A stretch of 32,821 nucleotides of DNA from Myxococcota bacterium (GTDB lineage Bacteria > Myxococcota_A > Bradymonadia > UBA7976 > UBA1532). A program made the position numbers and the translations under genes. Position 1 is the first letter of the stretch; the number at the start of each line of letters is the position of its first letter. The notes below the pieces were generated by a model. That model had not been told where the DNA came from, did no database searches, and saw nothing but the letters and a program-made list of their open reading frames with translations. Shown in pieces: positions 16,902 through 24,911 of this stretch. The stretch spans positions 1 through 32,821 of the forward strand of contig JAYZEG010000015.1 of assembly GCA_036337435.1 (NCBI GenBank), read 5' to 3'.

Positions 16902-19148
16902 GTGACTTGGTTATTAATGAGGGCAATGTTTATTTTCTCGTTTAAATGGTGGCTACTTCTTTTGCTCACGATGTGCGCCTGCGAAGGCCAACCGCTCGGG
17001 GACCGATCCGTGAATCGTTTGGGTCAGGCACAAATGAACGGCGTCCATCGGCTTTCCGGACAGGTCATTCACGGCATTCATCTCACGCCCTTAGCCGACG
17101 TGACCGTATCATTGGTTGGTACTCAGTACGTCAGCAAAACCGATGCGATGGGTCGCTACACACTCCCCCACAAAGAAAAATTCCGCTGGGTCGAATTGGT
17201 CAAATCAGGCTATGAAGCATCGCTCACTTCAAGTGGCGATGTAACCCGTTTATGGCCTCAAATTATCAGTGAAACCGATGCGCGCAATCTGCTTCGAGCA
17301 CGCCGCGGCCAACCTATGGATTCCGATGACTTAAACGATCCCGATCTGACGGCACGCGCGCGTGCCATTCTTTCTGCGGAAAGACACCACCGACCGCCCA
17401 GACCAGGCATTGTAACGATACCCACACTCAAACAGGCATTCCTGCCTCCGGAAACCATACGAATTTATCGACGTGGCCCTGAGAACAATTCATGTTTGGG
17501 CCGTGTTGATGTGATTCCACTAGAAGAGTATGTGAAGGGCGTCGTGCCCCACGAATGGATTCCCAGTTGGCATGACGAGAGTTTGAGGGCCGGGAGTATT
17601 GCTGCGCGTAGCTATGCTTGGGGCTGGATAAATGAGGGCGGGAAATACGATTGTGCCGACCTGGATGACAGCACGCGTAGTCAAGTCTATGAGGATGAAA
17701 CAACCGTGCGGGCCAGTGCCGCCACTGATTCAACCCGAGGCGTGGCTGTCATCCGAGACGGTGTTGTCATCCGATCCGAGTATTCAGCGGAGAATGGAGA
17801 CCCGACCGCGTTCGGTGTAGCCGACCCTGTGTGCGCAGGGGAAGCCCTGTTTGGACACGGCAGAGGCATGTGTCAGTGGGGCAGCCAGAGATGGGCATCG
17901 CAGAGGAATCGGACGGCCGAATGGATGGTTGAGCACTACTATCCTGGTGCGACAACCAGCGGCGGGGCCGAGCCTGCTTTCCCCCGCCCTCGGATCAACC
18001 TCAGACAGCGTTTAGCGCGAATCGACGACGTGGAGTGTGCCAATCCAGAAGCGACCTTCAACTGTGCGGATTTCTTAAATCAAGCCTGGAGTGTTGGCCT
18101 TTTCGATGTCTTCGTAGGACATGCATTCGAAGTGGTTTTCGAAATCAGTAACCTCGGTGATAGGACGGCGGATGAAATTGGATTCTCAGTCGCCTATCCC
18201 AACCGGTATTTGAGGCTCATTGAGCTGGATGAACCCCTCAGTGGGTGGGTTCAAACTGGAGGTTTGATCAAGGGGTCAATCGATGGACTTGCGCCCTCAG
18301 AAACTCGCAGCATCCGTTTTCAATTCGCCGCGCTAAAAACCAGTCTACCCCGTGGTCGCCCCCTCGAAATTAAGGCTTGGGTGAACCGAATTGACGCTTT
18401 GTACGAAAAATCAACCTGGTCTGAGCCACCTCAGCTTAACGATGGACAGTCCTTTAACGACGGTGACTTGCGACTCTTGACGGAGATCGATTGTGTCGAT
18501 CCTCGGTCATGGAACTGGAGCAGCGGTGTGGCCGGTATGCTTGAGGGATGGCGGATTATCGACGGCTCTGCACAGGTTGAACCAAATGGTCTGGGTCTTA
18601 TTCTGACGCCAGCCAATGGAGTGTGTCGTCTGGACAGCCTCCACCTTCCGATTCAAAGCATGGCTTTCAATACTATCGTCAGTAGTGCGACTCCCGAGAG
18701 ACCCATCACATTACAGTGGCGTTTGGATGGAGAGGATTTCAGCGAGGATAAGGCGGTGAATTTAAGGGATACGGTGACTCGATTGAACTCGGCCGTAGTA
18801 CCAAACAATGCAAAACAATACCGAATTATGTCCAGACATCCGCTCATGCTCAATGGTTTGTCCCTAGAGTGGATAGCCGGCGAAACTGGTGGAATCAGCG
18901 ACTCAGCATTGGATAATCCAGATGCGTGGCTTGGCGAGTTTGGCCAGGATCGCGGATTCGGACCGAAACCGACCTTAAACGAAGGAGATGGTGGACTACG
19001 ACCGTCGCCATCTACCCGAACAAACGTCGTTCAGCTCGAGTCAAGCGGGGGCTGTTCACAAAACTCGGATCGCCGGACGAACTGGACCTTTGCGCTGGTC
19101 TTATTGATCGGGTTGTTTGGGTCTTTTCGCAAGGCCTGTCTTCGATAA
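16902..19148 (+). CDS. SpoIID/LytB domain surface protein (putative peptidoglycan lytic transglycosylase) with accessory beta domains and a C-terminal sorting signal
   Basis: LEEYVKGVVPHEW, AARSYA, SQVY, GHGRGMCQWG, HYYPG; N-terminal carboxypeptidase-regulatory-like segment (TDAMGRYTL); C-terminal SGGCS + TM + basic tail. Start could be 16917 or 16926. Confidence 0.85.
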   Translation: MTWLLMRAMFIFSFKWWLLLLLTMCACEGQPLGDRSVNRLGQAQMNGVHRLSGQVIHGIHLTPLADVTVSLVGTQYVSKTDAMGRYTLPHKEKFRWVELVKSGYEASLTSSGDVTRLWPQIISETDARNLLRARRGQPMDSDDLNDPDLTARARAILSAERHHRPPRPGIVTIPTLKQAFLPPETIRIYRRGPENNSCLGRVDVIPLEEYVKGVVPHEWIPSWHDESLRAGSIAARSYAWGWINEGGKYDCADLDDSTRSQVYEDETTVRASAATDSTRGVAVIRDGVVIRSEYSAENGDPTAFGVADPVCAGEALFGHGRGMCQWGSQRWASQRNRTAEWMVEHYYPGATTSGGAEPAFPRPRINLRQRLARIDDVECANPEATFNCADFLNQAWSVGLFDVFVGHAFEVVFEISNLGDRTADEIGFSVAYPNRYLRLIELDEPLSGWVQTGGLIKGSIDGLAPSETRSIRFQFAALKTSLPRGRPLEIKAWVNRIDALYEKSTWSEPPQLNDGQSFNDGDLRLLTEIDCVDPRSWNWSSGVAGMLEGWRIIDGSAQVEPNGLGLILTPANGVCRLDSLHLPIQSMAFNTIVSSATPERPITLQWRLDGEDFSEDKAVNLRDTVTRLNSAVVPNNAKQYRIMSRHPLMLNGLSLEWIAGETGGISDSALDNPDAWLGEFGQDRGFGPKPTLNEGDGGLRPSPSTRTNVVQLESSGGCSQNSDRRTNWTFALVLLIGLFGSFRKACLR

Positions 19149-19293
19149 GAAAATTACATTGAGAAGACGATTCACCGTATTGGTGTGCAGGTGGAATGAA
19201 TTGACGGGGCTAAATTTCTGCTTGGTTGGCTTGCACTCGGGTGCCAACACAAGCTAGGTTCCGGCGCACACGTGGAAGGACTAAAGGATACTC

Positions 19294-20403
19294 ATGAGAG
19301 GCCTACATCAGATGAAATACATATATCTAGGAACACTTGTTCTTTCCTTGGCCTTGGTTGGCTGCGGCGGTGGCGATGAGTCTAGCACTGTCTATGAATT
19401 TCAAGGATTGCCCGAACAACCCGACCCCAATGCCAATGGGTCCACCCAAGACCCTGGCGATTCAAACAATGGGCAAAATACCTTGCCGACAGGCGGGCTT
19501 GATGGGTCCAACACCAACACCGGTGGTTCTGATGGCAATGGGGGTGACACCCCTGGGCCAAATGATGGTAACAACGTGGGTGAGCCCGAACCGCCCATGA
19601 GTTCAGGTGCTGGCATCCTCGGGGCTGCATGCACCCAAAACAGTGATTGTGAGACCGGCTTATGCTTCACGGGTATGCCAGGGGGCTACTGTACCAATGT
19701 CTGTGAATCGGCTGCAGACTGTGGCGCAACCGGCAGCTGCTGGAACTTAGGCCAGCAAGATCGGATCTGCCTGCTCAATTGCACAGACACGTCAGAATGT
19801 CGAGGAAGCGAAGGGTATGTTTGCGACGGGGATAATACCTGCTTTCCCAATGCGCCCAGCGGAGGTTCGAGTGGCGGTGGTGATGCGGGTGGAGAAGGTC
19901 GCGGTGTGGGACCCGGTGCGCCTGTTGGCGGTATCATTCAAGATTTTTCACTTATGAACTGCGGCACAGGCGAAATGGTCAGCATGCAATCCTATTTTCA
20001 AGGCCAGCAAGCCGGTATGTTTGTGCTGACAGCCGGGTGGTGCGGCGCCTGTGCGCAGTGGGTTCCCCAGATTCTCGACCTCCTACAAAACCCCAATGTC
20101 GCCGGGCTGAAGGTGGCCTTTGTCCTTGGAGAAGATCCGAGTTATGAACAACCTTCGCAGCGCTATTGTCAACAATACGGGAACCAAAATAATATTCCGG
20201 CGGAGAACCTGTTTATGGATCATAATGGGATGGAGTCCTTCGCGACGGTTTTTGCAAATATGCAACCCTACGTGACGGGTGATGGCCGTTTTGGACTCCC
20301 GTTTAATGCCATGCTCGACCCGGAGACATTCGAGTATGTCTATGCAGATAGGGGTCCCGGTGGTGATATCAACGAAGCCTTAAACCGCCTGCTTCGACCG
20401 TAA
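19294..20403 (+). CDS. Lipoprotein with Cys-rich module and C-terminal thioredoxin-like (redoxin) domain
   Basis: Lipobox LVGC; Gly/Asn/Asp linker; 12-Cys module containing PGGYC; DFSL...TAGWCGAC...GLPFN. Alternative start at 19312. Confidence 0.78.
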   Translation: MRGLHQMKYIYLGTLVLSLALVGCGGGDESSTVYEFQGLPEQPDPNANGSTQDPGDSNNGQNTLPTGGLDGSNTNTGGSDGNGGDTPGPNDGNNVGEPEPPMSSGAGILGAACTQNSDCETGLCFTGMPGGYCTNVCESAADCGATGSCWNLGQQDRICLLNCTDTSECRGSEGYVCDGDNTCFPNAPSGGSSGGGDAGGEGRGVGPGAPVGGIIQDFSLMNCGTGEMVSMQSYFQGQQAGMFVLTAGWCGACAQWVPQILDLLQNPNVAGLKVAFVLGEDPSYEQPSQRYCQQYGNQNNIPAENLFMDHNGMESFATVFANMQPYVTGDGRFGLPFNAMLDPETFEYVYADRGPGGDINEALNRLLRP

Positions 20404-20420
20404 GCTGAACGACCTGTTTG

Positions 20421-20448
20421 AAAGTGCCGACGTCCCCGGCACTTTTTT
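20421..20448 (+). terminator. Rho-independent terminator
   Basis: AAAGTGCCG-ACGTCCC-CGGCACTTT running into a T-tract, 17 bp after the stop at 20403. Confidence 0.85.
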
Positions 20449-20514
20449 GGGGCCCGTTGAAAAAGTGGAACGACCGGTATACTTTGGAACCGATCATATC
20501 GGGAGGTGTCGGTC

Positions 20515-20889
20515 ATGGCTCAAGTGCGTCAGATTCAAACTTTTTCTGAGTTTTGGGCTTTTTACGTTGGTGAGCACAGGCATCCAACCAATCGACTTCT
20601 CCACTATATCGGCACCTCCATTGGCCTTGTCTGTATTTGCTTGGCACCCATCCTCCAAGTCTGGTGGCTGCTGGCCGTGGCACCTGTCGCCGGATACGGT
20701 CATGCCTGGTTTGGGCACTTTGCCATCGAAGGCAATAAGCCGGCCAGCTTTGCTTACCCTGGATGGTCATTCATTGGGGATTTGAAAATGCTCTTTTATG
20801 CTCTCACAGGTCGGATGAGCAGAGAAGTCGAACGGCTCTATGGCTCAGCTCATCCAGCCGATGATGCCCCCTGCCTCATTGAGTTTTAG
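20515..20889 (+). CDS. DUF962 / Mpo1-like membrane protein
   Basis: FWAFYVGEHRHPTNRLLHYIG, GYGHAWFGHFAIEGNKPASF; GGAGG SD before the ATG at 20515. Confidence 0.9.
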   Translation: MAQVRQIQTFSEFWAFYVGEHRHPTNRLLHYIGTSIGLVCICLAPILQVWWLLAVAPVAGYGHAWFGHFAIEGNKPASFAYPGWSFIGDLKMLFYALTGRMSREVERLYGSAHPADDAPCLIEF

Positions 20890-21021
20890 AGCATTGGCCC
20901 CCTTTTTCTTAAGACTGAAAAAACATGCGCCCAAGACCGGAAGACCAAAGTCACTTTGTTTGATTCGGTTTTCTAAGATTCAGGGTCCCGTTGATGTCGA
21001 TTCAGCGTTCGGGAGGATTCA

Positions 21022-23634
21022 GTGCGCAAGATGATCCATCCATTCCTGATTCTGCTTCTGCTCTTTTCCGCCTGTGATTCCGGCGAGCAAATAGGCACTG
21101 CCGACAGTGTCGTCAGAGCCCAAGACGGCCTTTTGGATGGGCCCATCTCAGACGTCCAAACCCGCGAGGATCTGGGTTTAGGTCCATTGGATGCTTCACT
21201 TGATGCTCGGGTAGGAAACCGTCCCGATATCCTCCCGGTCGACGGCCCCATTTTAGCGGCTGACGACCTAGATTTGACGCAGAGGGTCCAATTAGGTCGG
21301 AGCAGGGCGGGCCAAGTACAAAGCGATGCAGAACGACTCACAGGGCCCGAGGCAAATTGCCGAATTGGAGATTATCGACTGGATAATCACCTCGTGAGCG
21401 TGTGCATTCAGGGGCCGACGACCTTCAGTCAGTTTTCGTTCACGGGAGGTAATTTGATCGATGCCCACCCAGCGGAACGCCCAGGAACTGATAGTTTCCG
21501 AGAGGTTGTGATCGCGCCTGCGGTGGGTGAAGTATACGCCACTGAAGTGGGCGTTGTCAGGGACGGGAGCGATGGCGGTGCTGCCGTCGTGCGCGCGCGT
21601 GGCCAGACCGGAGGCTCTCGCATTCTCCAAGGTGTGCTTCCAAATTCATTCATTCCCCCACCAATGGATGTGATCACTGAATATCGACTCCACCCCGATG
21701 AAAACACGGTCGAGATTTTCACCTGGTTCTCTCTTCTACCAGGCCAAGTTTCTGGACTGTTTTATATGTATGATTTGGTCTACTTCGGTGATTTAAACCG
21801 AACGTTCCTACCCGGTCGAGGGCCTAACAACCTCGACAGTCCACTGCCCTATGTAGCCGCAGTGGGTCCAGAGAATTCGTACGGCTGGTTCAGTGAAATC
21901 AGCCCCTTTGACTTGTTCATCATCACGGAAATTGGGGTGCCCGGTGCACCGATCGAATATGACGCAATCGCCCTTAATGCAGGTGACCTGGTCCTTTTGA
22001 AAAGGTGGCTTAAGATCGCCCATGGCGGCATTGAGGGCATCAGACCGACACCTGAAAATGCCAAAACGGTCACGATTAATGGGCTCGCCGGCACAGAAGT
22101 CATCATCGAATCACCGGATGAAAATTTGGTCACGACAGTAAAACTGGATTTGAATGGTCGCGGGCTTGTTCGGCTCGCGCCTGGTTCTTACGTCGCCCAC
22201 ACCCATGGCTATGCAGGCGGTGACATCGACGAGCCTTTTGAGGTCGTAGACGGTCCTGTTGTTGTTCAACTCGCCCAGCCCATGCCCGGCCGGCTTCACG
22301 TTCGCATCACCAATGGCAATGGCACCCCTATCGCAGCCAAACTTAAGATGACAGGTCCTACGGACCGCCTTGAATTTGTTGTGGACGAGAAGCAAATTCT
22401 GCTGCCCGCTGGCATGTGGTCCATCAGAGCCAGTCTTGGCTGGCATTACAGTATTGCTCGGACTGCCGTTGAAATCGTCGCCGGCGGCGACGTTGATGTC
22501 GATCTTGTACTGAATGAACAAATTCCCCTAGACGGATTGGCCTCCGGCGAGTTTCACCAGCATGCGAGTCCGAGCTTGGACAGCGAAGTGGCTGTCACAG
22601 AACGAGTTTTATCTAACATTGTAGAGGGCGTCAGCTTCATGGCCCCGTCAGACCATGACATTATTTACGACTATGCGGGCTTGGTTCGGCGAATGAATCT
22701 GACCAACCGAATTGGCGTTCCACTGACCGGAGAAGAAATATCGCCCGTCTATGCACACTTGGGTGCTTATGGGATTCCATATGACCCATACGGTGGAGCG
22801 GGCGGTGCCGTGAATATCCCAATCAAAGATGAGGGCGAATGGCGAGTCCACACGGTGCCTGAATTAGTCGCAATCGCACGGGATAAAGGGGCTCGAGCCA
22901 TACAGGTTAACCACCCCAGAGCGTCCCAAGGCTATTTTGACCATGTTGGCTATCATGCCGGTATCCCCATCGATGATCTTGATAGCACCGAATTTAGCCC
23001 TGATTTTGACTCGATTGAAGTCTTCAACGGCGGATCAGACTTTTGTCAGGTGCTTAACGATTGGATGGGTTTGTTAAACCAAGGTCATCGATCGACAGCT
23101 GTGGGTAATTCAGACACCCACCGACGCCATGAGGCACCCGGCTATCCAAGAAATTATTTGGCAACACTCGCTCCAAACCCAGCTTTCGTGACCGCCGATG
23201 AGATCGTCGATTCATTGGTTAATGGACGAATGACCATCGGAGGCGATGCCGTTATGGACTTTCCCGGCGGTGTACAGCCTGGGCAGACCGTTCGTGTGTC
23301 GGATGGTGCGGTGACCGTTTCGTTACGACTTCGAACACCAGACTATACGGCCCTTGACCGAATCATTGTTCTCATTAACGGCGTCGCTATCAGAGAGCTG
23401 CAACTCAACGCGCCGCTCAATGACATCATCGATTTTGAGGATGCGATCAGCTTCGAAATCAATTCAGACAGTCATGCCGTATTTTTAGCAATTGGCACGA
23501 GACGGAGTCCCGACACAGATGCGCGACCCATCTTCGCCCTATCAAATCCGATCTGGTTCGATGCCGACGGTGATGGCATCACACCGGTCGGTGTGGGTGA
23601 TTTGCCCAAGCTTCAACTCCCCTTCTGTCGATAG
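21022..23634 (+). CDS. CehA/McbA-like PHP-fold metallohydrolase lipoprotein
   Basis: Lipobox LFSAC; motifs GEFHQH..SLDS, SDHD, GEEISP...H, VNHPR, IEVFNG, GNSDTH, GYPRNY, SNPIW. Start may be ATG 21031. Confidence 0.82.
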   Translation: MRKMIHPFLILLLLFSACDSGEQIGTADSVVRAQDGLLDGPISDVQTREDLGLGPLDASLDARVGNRPDILPVDGPILAADDLDLTQRVQLGRSRAGQVQSDAERLTGPEANCRIGDYRLDNHLVSVCIQGPTTFSQFSFTGGNLIDAHPAERPGTDSFREVVIAPAVGEVYATEVGVVRDGSDGGAAVVRARGQTGGSRILQGVLPNSFIPPPMDVITEYRLHPDENTVEIFTWFSLLPGQVSGLFYMYDLVYFGDLNRTFLPGRGPNNLDSPLPYVAAVGPENSYGWFSEISPFDLFIITEIGVPGAPIEYDAIALNAGDLVLLKRWLKIAHGGIEGIRPTPENAKTVTINGLAGTEVIIESPDENLVTTVKLDLNGRGLVRLAPGSYVAHTHGYAGGDIDEPFEVVDGPVVVQLAQPMPGRLHVRITNGNGTPIAAKLKMTGPTDRLEFVVDEKQILLPAGMWSIRASLGWHYSIARTAVEIVAGGDVDVDLVLNEQIPLDGLASGEFHQHASPSLDSEVAVTERVLSNIVEGVSFMAPSDHDIIYDYAGLVRRMNLTNRIGVPLTGEEISPVYAHLGAYGIPYDPYGGAGGAVNIPIKDEGEWRVHTVPELVAIARDKGARAIQVNHPRASQGYFDHVGYHAGIPIDDLDSTEFSPDFDSIEVFNGGSDFCQVLNDWMGLLNQGHRSTAVGNSDTHRRHEAPGYPRNYLATLAPNPAFVTADEIVDSLVNGRMTIGGDAVMDFPGGVQPGQTVRVSDGAVTVSLRLRTPDYTALDRIIVLINGVAIRELQLNAPLNDIIDFEDAISFEINSDSHAVFLAIGTRRSPDTDARPIFALSNPIWFDADGDGITPVGVGDLPKLQLPFCR

Positions 23635-23703
23635 AAACATAGAGCCAAATTTCGATTCATCGACCCAATCATCACGAGGGTCTTGCCCTTATTGGACCAT
23701 TGG

Positions 23704-23756
23704 TATATTGGTTGAACCAATATAACACAACTGACTGGTATGGTGGTTGAACCAAT
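23704..23756. promoter_or_regulatory. GntR/FadR-type operator pair
   Basis: Perfect palindrome TATATTGGTT-G-AACCAATATA (23704-23724) and a second TGGTTGAACCAAT (23744-23756); both fit TGGT-N3-ACCA. Confidence 0.85.
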
Positions 23757-23757
23757 T

Positions 23758-24507
23758 ATGTTCGAACCTGTAAAACCCGCACCGACTGCCGTCGATATTT
23801 GCGAACAAAAAATCCGTGATGGGATTCTGACAGGACACCTTGCTCAAGGGGAATTTCTGCCGTCTGAGCGGGTATTGGCTGAACGTTTTCAGCTCAATCG
23901 ACTCACCGTCAGATCGGCCCTTGCGAGATTGACAGCTGCAGGACTCTTGAGCGTGCGTCAAGGAAGCGGGTACCGCGTCAATGACTATCGCCTCCACGGC
24001 TCCGGGGACTTGTTGGGCCATTTACGGAGTCAATTGACGACGAGGAGACAAGAGAACGAGTTTGTACAGACTTTGCTGCAAATTAGACGCGGTTTGTACC
24101 AAGCTGTGCTTGAGGTCTTATTGGACATTGACGAGGAGACGCGCCGAACTGTTTGCCGGCAAATCGATGACCTCATCGATGCGTTAACAGACGCAAGCAA
24201 TTGTCGAGAGTATGCGGAGAGAGAGCTCCATGGCATCCGCGAGATGCTGTGTACTATCGACCACATTCCACTCTTACTGACACTCAATCCAGTCCTCAAG
24301 ACACTCCATGAAGAGACTCGAATCTGGGCACTCAACTATGCCAACGCAAAACGAAAAGCCGATGGCTATCGAATCTTCAAATATTGGTTAGAGCAAAAAG
24401 ACAAAGATGCTTTGGTTCCGCTCATAGGCGAACTCAAACGGTTTGACGTCTGGACTCTACGCCAACTGGAATCAAAACAATTCGATGGCCAACTCAAGGT
24501 AATTTAG
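23758..24507 (+). CDS. GntR family regulator, FadR-like
   Basis: wHTH 'LPSERVLAERFQLNRLTVRSALARL...VRQGSG' with a helical C-terminal domain. Start at ATG 23758 or 23740. Confidence 0.9.
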   Translation: MFEPVKPAPTAVDICEQKIRDGILTGHLAQGEFLPSERVLAERFQLNRLTVRSALARLTAAGLLSVRQGSGYRVNDYRLHGSGDLLGHLRSQLTTRRQENEFVQTLLQIRRGLYQAVLEVLLDIDEETRRTVCRQIDDLIDALTDASNCREYAERELHGIREMLCTIDHIPLLLTLNPVLKTLHEETRIWALNYANAKRKADGYRIFKYWLEQKDKDALVPLIGELKRFDVWTLRQLESKQFDGQLKVI

Positions 24508-24911
24508 ACGGAGATGACTTAAAAATATGATCTGAGGCGGATTTTGGGCTATGGTTCCGAGCTAGGAATTGCGTCAGATTTAAACTCAAGAAGGTCACCT
24601 TTGAGGCAAAACAAAAGGCGTTTCCAGAGCGGTGCGGATAAGTAGGGTGTTCGGTCTCGGAATGACTGTGAATCAAATAACAAATACACGGGCTACCGAG
24701 GCTTCAACCGTGACAAGAACGTATTATGAAGTGCCCACAACGGTGGCCATTGGCACATCGCAGATACCGGAAAGAACACAAGCAAGCAAACGAGCTGAGT
24801 TAGGGTACAATTGGAGGCTCTGACCCAGTTCTAAACAGGAATCATTGGATTCATACGTTGGTAATCGACGACATATGCCGTCGGGGTATTGGTCGTCGAA
24901 GGGAGAATGAA

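Noticed and set aside
20457..20483. Sigma70-like promoter TTGAAA...TATACT before DUF962
   Set aside because: Spacer is only 15 bp; plausible but too weak to call.
24632..24823. 63-aa ORF in the gap after the GntR gene
   Set aside because: No SD, motif or recognisable composition; cannot be supported.
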